Shown: positions 37,617 through 48,000 of the stretch, one piece after another
Numbering within the stretch: position 1 is the first letter of the stretch
How the letters are laid out: every line of letters starts with the position of its first letter
Notes under the pieces: generated by a model
Seen by the model: the letters and a program-made list of their open reading frames with translations, nothing else
Databases searched by the model: none
What the model was told of the DNA's origin: nothing
Source of the DNA: an uncultured Mediterraneibacter sp.
GTDB lineage: Bacteria > Bacillota > Clostridia > Lachnospirales > Lachnospiraceae
Assembly (NCBI GenBank): GCA_934309345.1
Contig: CAKRDD010000018.1
Location: 5,832-69,831, forward strand
Direction of reading: 5' to 3'
Length of the DNA stretch: 64,000 nt
Made by a program: the position numbers and the translations under genes

Positions 37617-38329
37617 TAATCCATGATCAGATGGTCTACTGTCACAAACTCATAACCTTTGCCCTGCAACAGATCTACAATCCGTATAGCCGCCTGCACA
37701 GAAGATGGATAACAGTCATGCAATAAAATAATATCTCCCGGATTTATCTCTTCCACAACTGTTTTTACAACCGCCCCTGCATCTTCGGTCATCCAGTCCA
37801 GCGGATCTACCGTCCATCCGATATACATTCTGCTCAGGTCTTGTTCGCTGTCCACCGGGAGTTCTCCGTAAGGTGCTCTTGCGAACGCAGGTTGTTTTCC
37901 CGTTATCTTTTCAATCACTGTATCTGTCTGTTCCAGTTCTTTCTTCGCTTCTCCTGTTTCCAGTTTTGACAGATTGCAATGCGTATAAGTATGATTTCCG
38001 ATCAAATGACCTTCCTCATACATTCTTTTCACAATTTTTTCATTCTCGCCTTTTTCTACATTTTCGCCGATCAGGAAAAAGGTTGCCCGCACTTTACGTT
38101 CCTTTAATCCATCCAACAGAATCGGAGTAGAGGATGCATTTGGGCCGTCATCAAATGTAAGCGCAACAACCGGTCTTACCTCATCTGATATACTCTGGCT
38201 TCGCACTGAATCAGATGAAACACTCATTGTTTTTCTTCCATCCATCTTTATCAAAGATGGGAACATAGCTAAAAATACCAGAAAACAGAAAAACTGTACT
38301 ACATAACTCCAACTTTTTCCAGACATCAT
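37616..38329 (-). CDS. Polysaccharide deacetylase (NodB homology domain), membrane-anchored
   Basis: N-terminal TM helix, then LTFDDGP and GNHTYTH (NodB motifs). Confidence 0.85.
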   Translation of the reverse strand: MMSGKSWSYVVQFFCFLVFLAMFPSLIKMDGRKTMSVSSDSVRSQSISDEVRPVVALTFDDGPNASSTPILLDGLKERKVRATFFLIGENVEKGENEKIVKRMYEEGHLIGNHTYTHCNLSKLETGEAKKELEQTDTVIEKITGKQPAFARAPYGELPVDSEQDLSRMYIGWTVDPLDWMTEDAGAVVKTVVEEINPGDIILLHDCYPSSVQAAIRIVDLLQGKGYEFVTVDHLIMD

Positions 38330-38384
38330 GACAGCTTCCCGCCTCTGACATTCTTACTCTATTCTTATGTCCTGCGCCCCGGCA

Positions 38385-39230
38385 TCATTCCTTCTTTTTT
38401 CTATGCTTTTCTCTGTATTCCGTCGGGCTTGTCTTCTTCACTTTCCGGAATGCCTTCGAAAAATAAAGATTATTCTCAAAACCAACAGAATATGCAATTG
38501 CCGAAACCGAAAGTCCCGTCTCTTTCAACAGACGGCATGCCTGCTGGATTCTGTATTCTGTCAGATATTCTTTTGGTGAACAATTCATATAGGTCTGAAA
38601 AGAGCGAAACAGATGACTTCTGCTGATTCCTACATAGTCTGCAATATCTTCCACCGTCACAGGATAAGAATAATTGGTCTCTATATAATTCTCTGCCTTT
38701 TCTACATACAAAAGCTTTGCATCTCTTTCCTGGTCTTCCCCTTCATGGTAGTGCATAAAGACAGACAGAAGACTATAAAGTGCTCCTGTCATGGCAACCG
38801 CTTCTTCGTATCCATTGCCCTTTGCATTATAAATCCGTTCCAATCCATTCCGGATCTGTTCATCCGGCACATTCCCTCTTTTTAAAAAAGGCCGTTCTTT
38901 CAGAAAACCTGTATTTCGAATAATTGACGCCGCATCCGTCCCCATGAATCCTGCCCAGGCATATTCCCATGGCTCCTGCTGATCGGCATAATACTTTACT
39001 TCCACGCCCGGATATAAGATAAAAGTATCTCCGGCTTCTAATTTCCAAGTCTTTTCTCCAACCGTATAGTATCCTGTTCCTGATAAAATATGATGGATAC
39101 AATAATGATCCCTGACTCCGGGTCCCCACTGATATCCTGCTTCACACCTTTGATATCCCGTGTTATATACAGACAACGAAGTCATCAGAATTTCTCCTGA
39201 CTTATACGAATGTTTGTAAGTCTCTGCCAT
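38385..39230 (-). CDS. AraC-family transcriptional regulator, divergent from galK
   Basis: N-terminal cupin-like sugar-binding domain. The C-terminal double HTH includes ISRSHLFRSFQ and AIAYSVGFENNLYFSKAFRK. Confidence 0.9.
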   Translation of the reverse strand: MAETYKHSYKSGEILMTSLSVYNTGYQRCEAGYQWGPGVRDHYCIHHILSGTGYYTVGEKTWKLEAGDTFILYPGVEVKYYADQQEPWEYAWAGFMGTDAASIIRNTGFLKERPFLKRGNVPDEQIRNGLERIYNAKGNGYEEAVAMTGALYSLLSVFMHYHEGEDQERDAKLLYVEKAENYIETNYSYPVTVEDIADYVGISRSHLFRSFQTYMNCSPKEYLTEYRIQQACRLLKETGLSVSAIAYSVGFENNLYFSKAFRKVKKTSPTEYREKHRKKKE

Positions 39231-39328
39231 CTTCCGGCTCCTTTCCCATATTCTGTAATCCGTAATATCATTATAACACCTTGTCTTTTTAATGCAACAT
39301 TATTACATACCACAGCACGTATTTTTTA

Positions 39329-39357
39329 TAGACGTTTCCACTTGTTAACGCTATAAT
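39329..39357 (+). promoter_or_regulatory. Candidate galK promoter (TAGACG, 17-nt spacer, TATAAT) overlapping a cre-like site
   Basis: tagacg at 39329-39334 and tataat at 39352-39357. ttgttaacgctataa resembles the CcpA cre consensus WTGNAANCGNWNNCW with two mismatches. Confidence 0.4.
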
Positions 39358-39406
39358 AAATATAAATAAATCTGATCGATACGATTACTTTAAATGGAGG
39401 TAAATA

Positions 39407-40579
39407 ATGATGAAGAAAAAATTATTCGATATGTTTGCAGAACTTTTTGGGGATTCCGAAGGAACTCGTTTTTACTTTTCTCCTGGACGCGTGAATCTGA
39501 TCGGTGAGCACACAGATTATAACGGTGGACATGTATTTCCTTGTGCACTCACACTTGGTACTTATGGTGCAGCACGTAAAAGAGAGGATAACAAGATCCA
39601 TTTCTATTCCATGAATCTGGATTCCTTTGGTGTTGTAGAAGCATCACTTGATGACCTGACCAATAAAAAAGAATATAACTGGGCGAACTATCCTCTTGGT
39701 GTTGTCTGGGCATTCAAAGAAAAAGGACATGAGATCACAAGTGGTTTTGATATGGTGATCTGGGGAAATATTCCGAACGGTTCCGGACTTTCCTCTTCTG
39801 CTTCCCTGGAAGTTCTCACTGGTGTGATCCTGACAGACCTGTTCGAGATCAAAGATCTTTCCATGACAGATCTTGCACTGATCGGCCAGTATTCTGAGAA
39901 TAACTTCAATGGATGCAACTGTGGTATCATGGATCAGTTTGCTGTTGCCATGGGTAAAAAAGACCACGCGATCTTCCTTGATACAAGTGATTTAAGCTAC
40001 GAATATGCACCTTGCGTTCTTGATGGTGCCAAGATCGTAATCACAAACAGTAAAGTAAAACACAGTCTTGTTGATTCTGCTTACAACGACAGAAGAAACG
40101 AGTGTGCTGCTGCACTGAAAGCGCTCCAGAGTGAACTTGATATTCAGGCACTTGGAGATCTTACTCCTGAAGAATTCGAGGCACACAAATCTCTGATCAA
40201 AGATGAGATCCAGTTAAAGCGTGCAAAACATGCCGTTTACGAAAACCAGCGTACAATTGATGCCGTTACTGCACTGAAAGCCGGAGACATTGAAAATTTC
40301 GGAAAATTAATGAATCAGTCCCATATTTCACTGCGTGATGATTATGATGTATCCTGTGAAGAGATTGACATCCTTGTAGATCTTGCATGGCAGATCCCAG
40401 GTGTACTCGGCTCCCGTATCACAGGCGGCGGATTCGGCGGATGTACAGTTAGTATTGTAAAAGATGAATCTGTAGATACATTTATTGAAACAATTGGAAA
40501 AACATATCTCGAAAAAGTAGGACATGAAGCTGAGTTCTACACAGTAGATATCGGAGATGGTGCTTCTCGTCTTGACTAA
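39407..40579 (+). CDS. galK: Galactokinase
   Basis: GRVNLIGEHTDYNGG is the galactokinase signature. PNGSGLSSSAS is the GHMP kinase motif. Confidence 0.96.
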   Translation: MMKKKLFDMFAELFGDSEGTRFYFSPGRVNLIGEHTDYNGGHVFPCALTLGTYGAARKREDNKIHFYSMNLDSFGVVEASLDDLTNKKEYNWANYPLGVVWAFKEKGHEITSGFDMVIWGNIPNGSGLSSSASLEVLTGVILTDLFEIKDLSMTDLALIGQYSENNFNGCNCGIMDQFAVAMGKKDHAIFLDTSDLSYEYAPCVLDGAKIVITNSKVKHSLVDSAYNDRRNECAAALKALQSELDIQALGDLTPEEFEAHKSLIKDEIQLKRAKHAVYENQRTIDAVTALKAGDIENFGKLMNQSHISLRDDYDVSCEEIDILVDLAWQIPGVLGSRITGGGFGGCTVSIVKDESVDTFIETIGKTYLEKVGHEAEFYTVDIGDGASRLD

Positions 40580-40691
40580 CGCCCACCTGTTCTGACTAAC
40601 ACTTATCTTGGCTATTATCAGATAGGAAATGATACATATTTTATTGCAGGAATGCCAATGGCATTCCCGCATTTAAGGAGGTTCTCAAAGC

Positions 40692-42182
40692 ATGCTTTAC
40701 GATGCAATCAAAAAATTAGTACAATATGGAATCAATACCGGAATCACTCCGGAATCTGAACGGATTTATACAACTAATCTTCTGCTGGATCTGTTCCACG
40801 AAGATAACTATGAAGACGTTGACTGTAACCTGGACAATCTCGTTCTGGAAGATATTCTTGCAGAACTTTTAGATATCGCCGCAGAGCGCGGAATCATTGA
40901 AAACAGCATCGGCTACCGTGATCTGTTTGACACAAAGCTGATGAATACACTGATGCCACGCCCATCACAGATCCAGCAGACTTTCTGGGAAAAATACAAA
41001 GTTTCTCCGGAGACAGCAACTGATTATTATTACAAATTAAGCCAGGACAGTGATTATATCCGCAGATACCGCATTGCCAGAGACCGCAAATGGACGGTTG
41101 ACACAGAATATGGCACTTTGGATATTACGATCAATCTTTCCAAACCAGAGAAAGATCCAAAAGCGATTGCAGCAGCAGGAAAAGCAAAATCCTCTTCCTA
41201 TCCAAAATGTCAGCTTTGCATGGAAAATGAGGGCTATGCAGGACGCCTTGATCATCCGGCTCGTGAGAACCACAGAATCATCCCGATCACAATTCAGGAT
41301 AATCCTTGGGGATTCCAGTACTCCCCTTATGTATACTACAACGAGCACTGTATCGTATTTAACGGACAGCATGTTCCAATGAAGATCGATCGTAATGCAT
41401 TTGAAAAGCTTTTTGATTTCATCAAACTTTTCCCACACTACTTCCTTGGATCCAATGCAGACCTTCCGATCGTTGGCGGTTCTATCTTAAGCCATGATCA
41501 TTTCCAGGGCGGAAATTATACTTTCGCAATGGCTAAAGCTCCGATCATTGAGCACTTTACTGTAAAAGGTTATGAAGATGTAACAGCCGGTATTGTAAAA
41601 TGGCCACTCTCTGTTATCCGTCTCCAGAGCAAAGAAGTAAAACCTCTGATTGATCTGGCTGAGCACATTTTAAACACATGGAGATCCTATACAGATGAAG
41701 ATGCTTTCATCTTCGCTGAGACAGACGACACGCCGCACAATACGATCACACCAATTGCAAGAAAGCGTGGAGACCTTTACGAACTTGACCTGACATTAAG
41801 AAACAATATTACAACAGAAGAACACCCACTTGGTGTTTATCATCCACACGCGAAGCTGCACCATATCAAGAAAGAAAACATCGGTCTTATTGAAGTAATG
41901 GGACTTGCTGTTCTTCCTGCACGACTGAAAGGTGAGATGGAACTTCTGAGAGATTACATCCTGACAGGAAAAGATATCCGCAGCAATGAGCAGATTGCAA
42001 AACACGCTGACTGGGTAGATGAATTCCTTCCAAATTATTCTTCCATCACAGAAGATAATGTTGAAGAGATCCTTCAGCAGGAAGTCGGAAAAGTATTCTG
42101 CGAAGTACTCGAAGACGCCGGGGTTTATAAATGTGATGAAAAAGGACTGGAGGCATTCCATCGTTTTGTAGGGGTGTTGTAA
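40692..42182 (+). CDS. galT: UDP-glucose--hexose-1-phosphate uridylyltransferase (type 2, ~500 aa)
   Basis: Length and motifs are those of the Gram-positive GalT type, including GGSILSHDHFQGG. It lies directly downstream of galK. Confidence 0.94.
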   Translation: MLYDAIKKLVQYGINTGITPESERIYTTNLLLDLFHEDNYEDVDCNLDNLVLEDILAELLDIAAERGIIENSIGYRDLFDTKLMNTLMPRPSQIQQTFWEKYKVSPETATDYYYKLSQDSDYIRRYRIARDRKWTVDTEYGTLDITINLSKPEKDPKAIAAAGKAKSSSYPKCQLCMENEGYAGRLDHPARENHRIIPITIQDNPWGFQYSPYVYYNEHCIVFNGQHVPMKIDRNAFEKLFDFIKLFPHYFLGSNADLPIVGGSILSHDHFQGGNYTFAMAKAPIIEHFTVKGYEDVTAGIVKWPLSVIRLQSKEVKPLIDLAEHILNTWRSYTDEDAFIFAETDDTPHNTITPIARKRGDLYELDLTLRNNITTEEHPLGVYHPHAKLHHIKKENIGLIEVMGLAVLPARLKGEMELLRDYILTGKDIRSNEQIAKHADWVDEFLPNYSSITEDNVEEILQQEVGKVFCEVLEDAGVYKCDEKGLEAFHRFVGVL

Positions 42183-42237
42183 TTTGTTGAACTTGGATTC
42201 ATTATCACTCAAATAAGTACTTTTTAGTAAAACAGAC

Positions 42238-42450
42238 GTGAGGAAGCCACTGTATTGCATCGGACACCGGCCCGCTTTACCTCATCCCTTTGACAATCTG
42301 TAACGAAAAAGCCAGAGCACTCACCGTGTGTGATTCGTGTCTGGCTTTTTCTAACAGATTCTGCAAAGTGTATTCGGAACGCTCCTGCCTTAAATGTGTC
42401 CTCAACAATACAGTGGCTCCCTCACTCGGCTTTTCAAATGAGTAAGTGCT
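42238..42450 (-). ncRNA. Copy C (diverged, inverted) of the structured-RNA-like repeat
   Basis: On the minus strand the two unpaired cores are conserved (acatttaaggcaggagcgttccgaatacacttt and tcaaagggatgaggtaaagcgggccggtg). The closing helix has an unrelated sequence but is still fully complementary (plus-strand 42238-42267 with 42396-42425). Confidence 0.5.
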
Positions 42451-42498
42451 ATTCCAAATGAAATGAATCCAGAAAACAAAATATGAACTTAAAGTGTT

Positions 42499-42544
42499 AA
42501 GGAAATGGGAACGCAATCAACTACGATGGTCTTCCCATTTCCTT
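42499..42544. repeat. Central 13-bp-stem palindrome between the inverted repeat copies C and B
   Basis: aaggaaatgggaa (42499-42511) pairs with ttcccatttcctt (42532-42544). A second inverted pair flanks it: aatccagaaaacaaa (42466-42480) and tttgttttctggatt (42543-42557). Confidence 0.7.
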
Positions 42545-42592
42545 TGTTTTCTGGATTTGTCTGATTGGAATTAAATATCTCGTTTGGAATAT

Positions 42593-42800
42593 GTAAGCAA
42601 GGACAGTCCTGCTGTTGCCACGAGCACATGTAAGGCAGGAGCGTTCCGAATACACTTTGTTCAGTATGTTAGTAAGAGCCAAAACAGGCACCACACACGG
42701 TAACTGTTCTGGCTCTTACGTTACATACTTTCAAAGGGATGAGGTAAAGCGGGCCGGTGCTCGTGGTAATAGCAGGGCTGGCCTTGCGACACCATTCTAT
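42593..42800 (+). ncRNA. Copy B of the structured-RNA-like repeat
   Basis: Differs from copy A at about a dozen positions by manual alignment. The closing helix is 42601-42629 / 42758-42783. It ends 18 nt before the convergent ilvA stop. Confidence 0.5.
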
Positions 42801-42817
42801 AGACTGTTTAATACCAA

Positions 42818-44032
42818 TTAGTACAGTTTCGCACTGATCAGTTTTGGTCTGAATCCTGCTTTATCGAGTGTATCGAGAATCTTTTTCTTATGATCTGTTC
42901 CGAATGCTTCCATTGTGATACGAAGCTCTACTGCTGCGTTTCTGTTTGTGCTTACAAACTGGTTATGTTCCAGTTTAATGATATTACCCTGTACGTCTGC
43001 GACTGTCTGTGCCACGCGTGCGAGTTCACCCGGCTTATCCGGAAGGAGTACGGATACGGAGAAGATACGGTCTCTCTGAATCAGTCCGTGCTGTACGATA
43101 GAGGACATTGTGATTACATCCATATTTCCACCACTTAATACACAGACTACTTTCTTTCCTTTGATGTCCATCTGCTTTAATGCAGCTACGGAAAGAAGTC
43201 CTGAATTTTCTACGATCATCTTATGATTCTCTACCATATCAAGAAATGCACCAATCAATTCATCATCTTCTACAAGAAGTACTTCATCTACATTTTCTTT
43301 CACATATGGGAGGATCTTATCTCCAACTTCTTTTACAGCTGTTCCATCTGCGATTGTATTCGCTGAAGGAAGTTCTACCGGCTCTCCTGCTTTCAGGGCT
43401 GCTGTCATGCTGGCTGCCTCTGACGGCTCTACACCAACTACTTTGATCTTTGGATTGAGCATCTTGGCAAGTGTGGAAACACCTGTGATCAGTCCGCCGC
43501 CACCGATCGGTGCAAGGATATAATCTACAGTCGGGAGTTCCTGAACAATCTCCATTGCGATTGTTCCCTGACCCGTAGCGACATCAAGGTCATTGAATGG
43601 ATGAACAAATGTATATCCGTTCTCTTCTGCAAGTTTGCACGCATGTGCGTAAGCATCATCATAAACATCTCCGTGAAGTACTACATCTGCTCCAAAGCTT
43701 TTTGTACGGTTTACTTTGATCAGCGGAGTAACTGTAGGCATAACGATCGTAGCTTTGCATCCAAACTGTTTTGCTGCAAATGCAACGCCCTGTGCATGAT
43801 TTCCTGCTGATGCTGTGATCAGTCCACGGCTTCTTTCTTCGTCTGTCAGTGTGCTGATCTTGTAGTATGCACCACGGATCTTATAAGCTCCTGTGTGCTG
43901 CATATTCTCCGGTTTTAAATAGACCTTTGCTCCTGTCTGTGCACTTAAGTATTCACTGTAAATAAGTTTTGTAGGATTTGTTACCTTTTTTACCAGTTCG
44001 CTAGCTTCTTCAAATTTCTCTAATGTCATCAT
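42818..44032 (-). CDS. ilvA: Threonine ammonia-lyase (threonine dehydratase), ~400-aa form with one C-terminal ACT-like domain
   Basis: HTGAYKIRGAY contains the PLP lysine. Also SAGNHAQGVA and GGGGLI. Confidence 0.92.
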   Translation of the reverse strand: MMTLEKFEEASELVKKVTNPTKLIYSEYLSAQTGAKVYLKPENMQHTGAYKIRGAYYKISTLTDEERSRGLITASAGNHAQGVAFAAKQFGCKATIVMPTVTPLIKVNRTKSFGADVVLHGDVYDDAYAHACKLAEENGYTFVHPFNDLDVATGQGTIAMEIVQELPTVDYILAPIGGGGLITGVSTLAKMLNPKIKVVGVEPSEAASMTAALKAGEPVELPSANTIADGTAVKEVGDKILPYVKENVDEVLLVEDDELIGAFLDMVENHKMIVENSGLLSVAALKQMDIKGKKVVCVLSGGNMDVITMSSIVQHGLIQRDRIFSVSVLLPDKPGELARVAQTVADVQGNIIKLEHNQFVSTNRNAAVELRITMEAFGTDHKKKILDTLDKAGFRPKLISAKLY

Positions 44033-44976
44033 GGTCTTTCTTCCTCTCTGTAAAACAACGCGTTTACGAACTCTTCTGAGTTAAATTTCTGCAAGTCATC
44101 AATCGTTTCTCCTACACCGATATATTTTACCGGAATACCAAGTTCAGACTGGATTGCTACTGCGATTCCACCTTTGGCTGTTCCATCCATCTTTGTCAGA
44201 ACAATTCCTGTTATATCTGTTACTTCATTGAATTCCTTTGCCTGGGCAAGTGCATTCTGTCCTGTCGTTGCATCCAGCACAACCAGTGTCTCACGGAACG
44301 CATCCGGATACTCTCTGTCGATCACACGATTGATCTTCTTAAGCTCTTCCATCAGGTTCTTCTTATTGTGAAGTCTTCCGGCTGTATCGCACAGAAGTAC
44401 ATCTGCCTTTCTTGCTTTCGCAGCAGCAACCGCATCATATACAACAGATGCCGGATCTGCGCCTTCCTGACCGCCGATCATCTCAACGCCGGCACGGTTG
44501 GACCATTCTTTTAACTGCTCTCCTGCTGCCGCACGGAATGTATCCGCTGCCGCAAGGATCACTTTCTTATTCTGTGCTTTCAGCTTTCCTGCAAGTTTAC
44601 CGATCGTTGTTGTTTTACCAACACCATTTACTCCGATCACGAAAACCACACTCTGACGATTCTCAAACTCATATGCTGTCTCTCCGACATCCATCTGTTC
44701 ACGAATACTGTCGATCACAAGCTGTCTACATTCAATCGGTTCCTTGATATGTTGCTCTTTTACTTTAACCTTTAAATCTTCAATGATGTCCATTGTTGCT
44801 CTGACACCAAGATCTCCCATGATCAGAGTTTCTTCCAGTTCTTCATAAAAGTCATCATCAATTTTTGAAAATCCATGGAAAATACTATCCATGCCGGACA
44901 CAATATTATCTCTTGTCTTTGTCAGACCGGATACAAGTCGTTTAAAAAAGCCTTTTTTTTCTTCTCCCATTTTCAA
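44029..44976 (-). CDS. ftsY: Signal recognition particle receptor
   Basis: GVNGVGKTTTIGKLA (G1), DTAGRL (G3) and TKMDGTAKGG (G4). Confidence 0.95.
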   Translation of the reverse strand: MKMGEEKKGFFKRLVSGLTKTRDNIVSGMDSIFHGFSKIDDDFYEELEETLIMGDLGVRATMDIIEDLKVKVKEQHIKEPIECRQLVIDSIREQMDVGETAYEFENRQSVVFVIGVNGVGKTTTIGKLAGKLKAQNKKVILAAADTFRAAAGEQLKEWSNRAGVEMIGGQEGADPASVVYDAVAAAKARKADVLLCDTAGRLHNKKNLMEELKKINRVIDREYPDAFRETLVVLDATTGQNALAQAKEFNEVTDITGIVLTKMDGTAKGGIAVAIQSELGIPVKYIGVGETIDDLQKFNSEEFVNALFYREEERP

Positions 44977-45017
44977 CCTCCTGTTCTCTTAATTCCCTGT
45001 TTGCAATAAAAACAGAT

Positions 45018-48000
45018 TTATTTGTCCAGATCATCTTCCAGCAGATCCACAGAAACAAGTGTGGATACTCCTTTTTCCTGCATGGTAATTCCATACAGGC
45101 GGTCTGCTGCTGCCATTGTACCACGTCTGTGGGTAATAACGATGAACTGTGTATATTTTGTCAGCTTATGCAGATATTTTGCATAGCGGTCTACATTGTT
45201 ATCATCCAGCGCCGCTTCAATCTCATCAAGGAGACAGAACGGAGATGGCTTCAGATTCTGGATTGCAAATAGTAATGCGATTGCAGTCAGTGCCTTCTCT
45301 CCACCTGAAAGCTGCATCATATTCTGCAGTTTCTTTCCTGGTGGCTGTGCAATAATGCGTATTCCTGCTTCAAGAATATCCACATCCTCCTGTAATTCCA
45401 ACGATCCCTTTCCGCCTCCGAAAAGCTGCCGGAATACATCATTGAACTCTGTCGCAATTCTTGCGAACTGTTCTGTGAACTGCTTACGCATTGCTACATC
45501 CAGTTCTTCGATAATCTGTTCAAGAGAAGCTTCTGCTTCCACCAGATCATCATGCTGGTCTTTTAAGAAAGTATAACGCTCGGATACATTTTTGTAATCC
45601 TCAATTGCATTGACATTGACTGAACCAAGCTTTCGGATCTCATTTTTAAGTTCCTGGATCTTTTTCTTCATCAATGCCAGATCTGTCAGTGTCTCATTAC
45701 GAAGCTCTTTCGCATGATTGTAAGTGAGTTCATACTCTTCCCACATATAATTCATCTGCTTCTCCGACGCTTCTTCATAGCCTTCTTTCTGGCTGTTCAG
45801 ACGGAAACATTCTTTATCAAGATCTGACACATGCTTTGCAAGTTCTTCTCTCTGTCGTAAGAAATCTTTATGCTGCTGATTCAGTTCTTCGCGTTTTTTG
45901 CTCTGTACTTTAATCTCTTCACCAATCTCTGTAAACAGTTCTTTTGAATCTTCAATCGTTTTCCTGAGTCCTTCGATTTCATTTTCTTTTTGCAGAATCT
46001 CCTCAGATACATCTCCACGATTTTCGGCAAGTTCTTCCTGCTCTTTTTCATATCTGGTGATTTCCTCATCTATACGGGAAATATTTTCTACAATAAAGGT
46101 CTTCTGCTGATCCAGGCCTGCCAGTGAAAGATGGACTTCCTCGGACTGTTTCATCTGAACAGCCTCATCCTCTCTTTCTTTCTCCAGCTGCATCTGCAAA
46201 ACTTCAATCTGTTCATTCAGTTCTTTTTCCAACTTCTCCGATGTCTCAAGTTCCATCTGGATAGAATCTTCATTCTCATTGATTTCATCCAACTCTTGAT
46301 GCAATGCTTTCTGTTCTTTCAGGAATCCTTCGTAACGCTGTTTTGATTCTAACTGTTCTCTCTGTACCTGTGCAACATTCATTCGCGCAGTGTTCTCCAG
46401 CACCGATTCTTCTCTTAAATGCTCCTGCACTTCATCAATCACACTGTAGCACGCCGCACGACGATTCTTCGCCTCTGTAACTTCTTTTTCCAACATGTCC
46501 ATGTCAGATTTGAGCATATCAACCGTCTTCTCGAATTCTTCTATCTCGCGGCGTCTGCTCAACAGATTACTTGAATTCTTAAATGCACCACCTGTCATGG
46601 ATCCTCCCGGATTGATCAGGTCACCTTCCAGTGTGACCAGACGCAGAGACTGGCGGTATTTTCTCGCAATTGCTATTCCGTGATCAATATGGTCTACTAC
46701 GATCGTACGCCCAAGCAACTGATCTGCCAGACCGTCAAATCTTGATTCCACATGGATCAATGTATTCGCAAGTCCGATCACTCCCGGTTCTTTGAGTGCT
46801 TCCGGATTCCTGATTCCTCCGCCTCCATGCATACTTGTCAGCGGAAGAAAGGTTGCCCGTCCGAATTTATTACGCTTGAGGAAATCAATCATGCGCTTGG
46901 CTGTATCTTCATTATCTGTAACGATATTCTGAATACTTCCTCCAAGTGCTGTCTCAATAGCGATCTCATATTCCTTATCAACCTTAATGATATCCGCTAC
47001 AACACCGATCAGACCTTTCTCACGGTCTTTATTCGACATTACCTTTCGGATACTGTTACCATATCCGTCATAGCGCTCTGTAATATTCTTTAATGACTCC
47101 AGACGGGAAGATTCTCTGTGATAAGCGGTCTGTCCGATCCGTAACTTTTCCTGCTTCTCTTTCAACTCATTCTGAAGCCTGCCTAGTTCCTGTTCGTTCA
47201 GGGAAATCTTTTCCTTATAGGTTTGTATGCGCTCACGAATCTGACTAAGTTCTTCTTCATACTCCTTAAGTCTGTTGTTCTGTCCTTCTGCTACCGTCGA
47301 AATCTCAAGAATATTTCTTGCAAGTACAGACTTACGCGTCTGGATCTGTTCTTTCGTCGTATCAAAATGCTGAATCTTAGCTTTTGTTGAAGCACGATTT
47401 CCAAGCAGACCCATGATCTCCTGCTTCTTCTGCTCGATTCCTGCACTGTGTTCTGCAATCTTTGACTGAATCTCAATTAAACTCTGCTGTGCTTCCGTAT
47501 CCTGTCCACTGGCTGATTCTAACTGTTCTGAAATTCTTTTCTTCTCTTCTTCAAGCTCTCTTTTCTGTTGCTGTCTTGTATCTATCTCACTGACGATCGT
47601 ACTCAGACGATGATCATAATGCTCATCATTCATACGGGCTGTATTGATCTGCTCTTTCAGGACATTGATCTGACCTTCCAGTTGCTGCTTCAAAAGATTC
47701 GTCTCATTCATCTGATTCTTTGCAGTTTCAATTGCAAGATCAATCTGATCTACTTCTTCCTCGATTGCCTCGTATTCTGCTTTCATCTTCTCATAGCGGG
47801 CATTCGATTCCTTCATCTCCTGCGAAGCAATCTCATATTTCCCACCGACTTCACGAATACGCTCCTGCAGCCGCTCTTCCTCCAGCAAAAACATATTAAT
47901 ATCATATGTTTTTAATTCTTCTTTCATCTTCAGATAGATTCTGGCTGTCTCTGACTGTCTTTCCAGAGGACCGATCTGTTTCTCAAGCTCTGCAAGAATA

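Noticed and set aside
40640-40670. Palindrome ggaatgcca-a-tggcattcc between galK and galT, considered as a terminator.
   Set aside because: No T-run follows, and galT starts 25 nt later with its own RBS. It is more likely an mRNA processing or stability element or a coincidental palindrome, and there is not enough evidence to annotate it.
42400-42420. GCCACTG in copy C resembles the B12-box core of cobalamin riboswitches.
   Set aside because: The heptamer lies in the variable closing helix and is absent from copies A and B. The rest of the cobalamin riboswitch consensus is missing.
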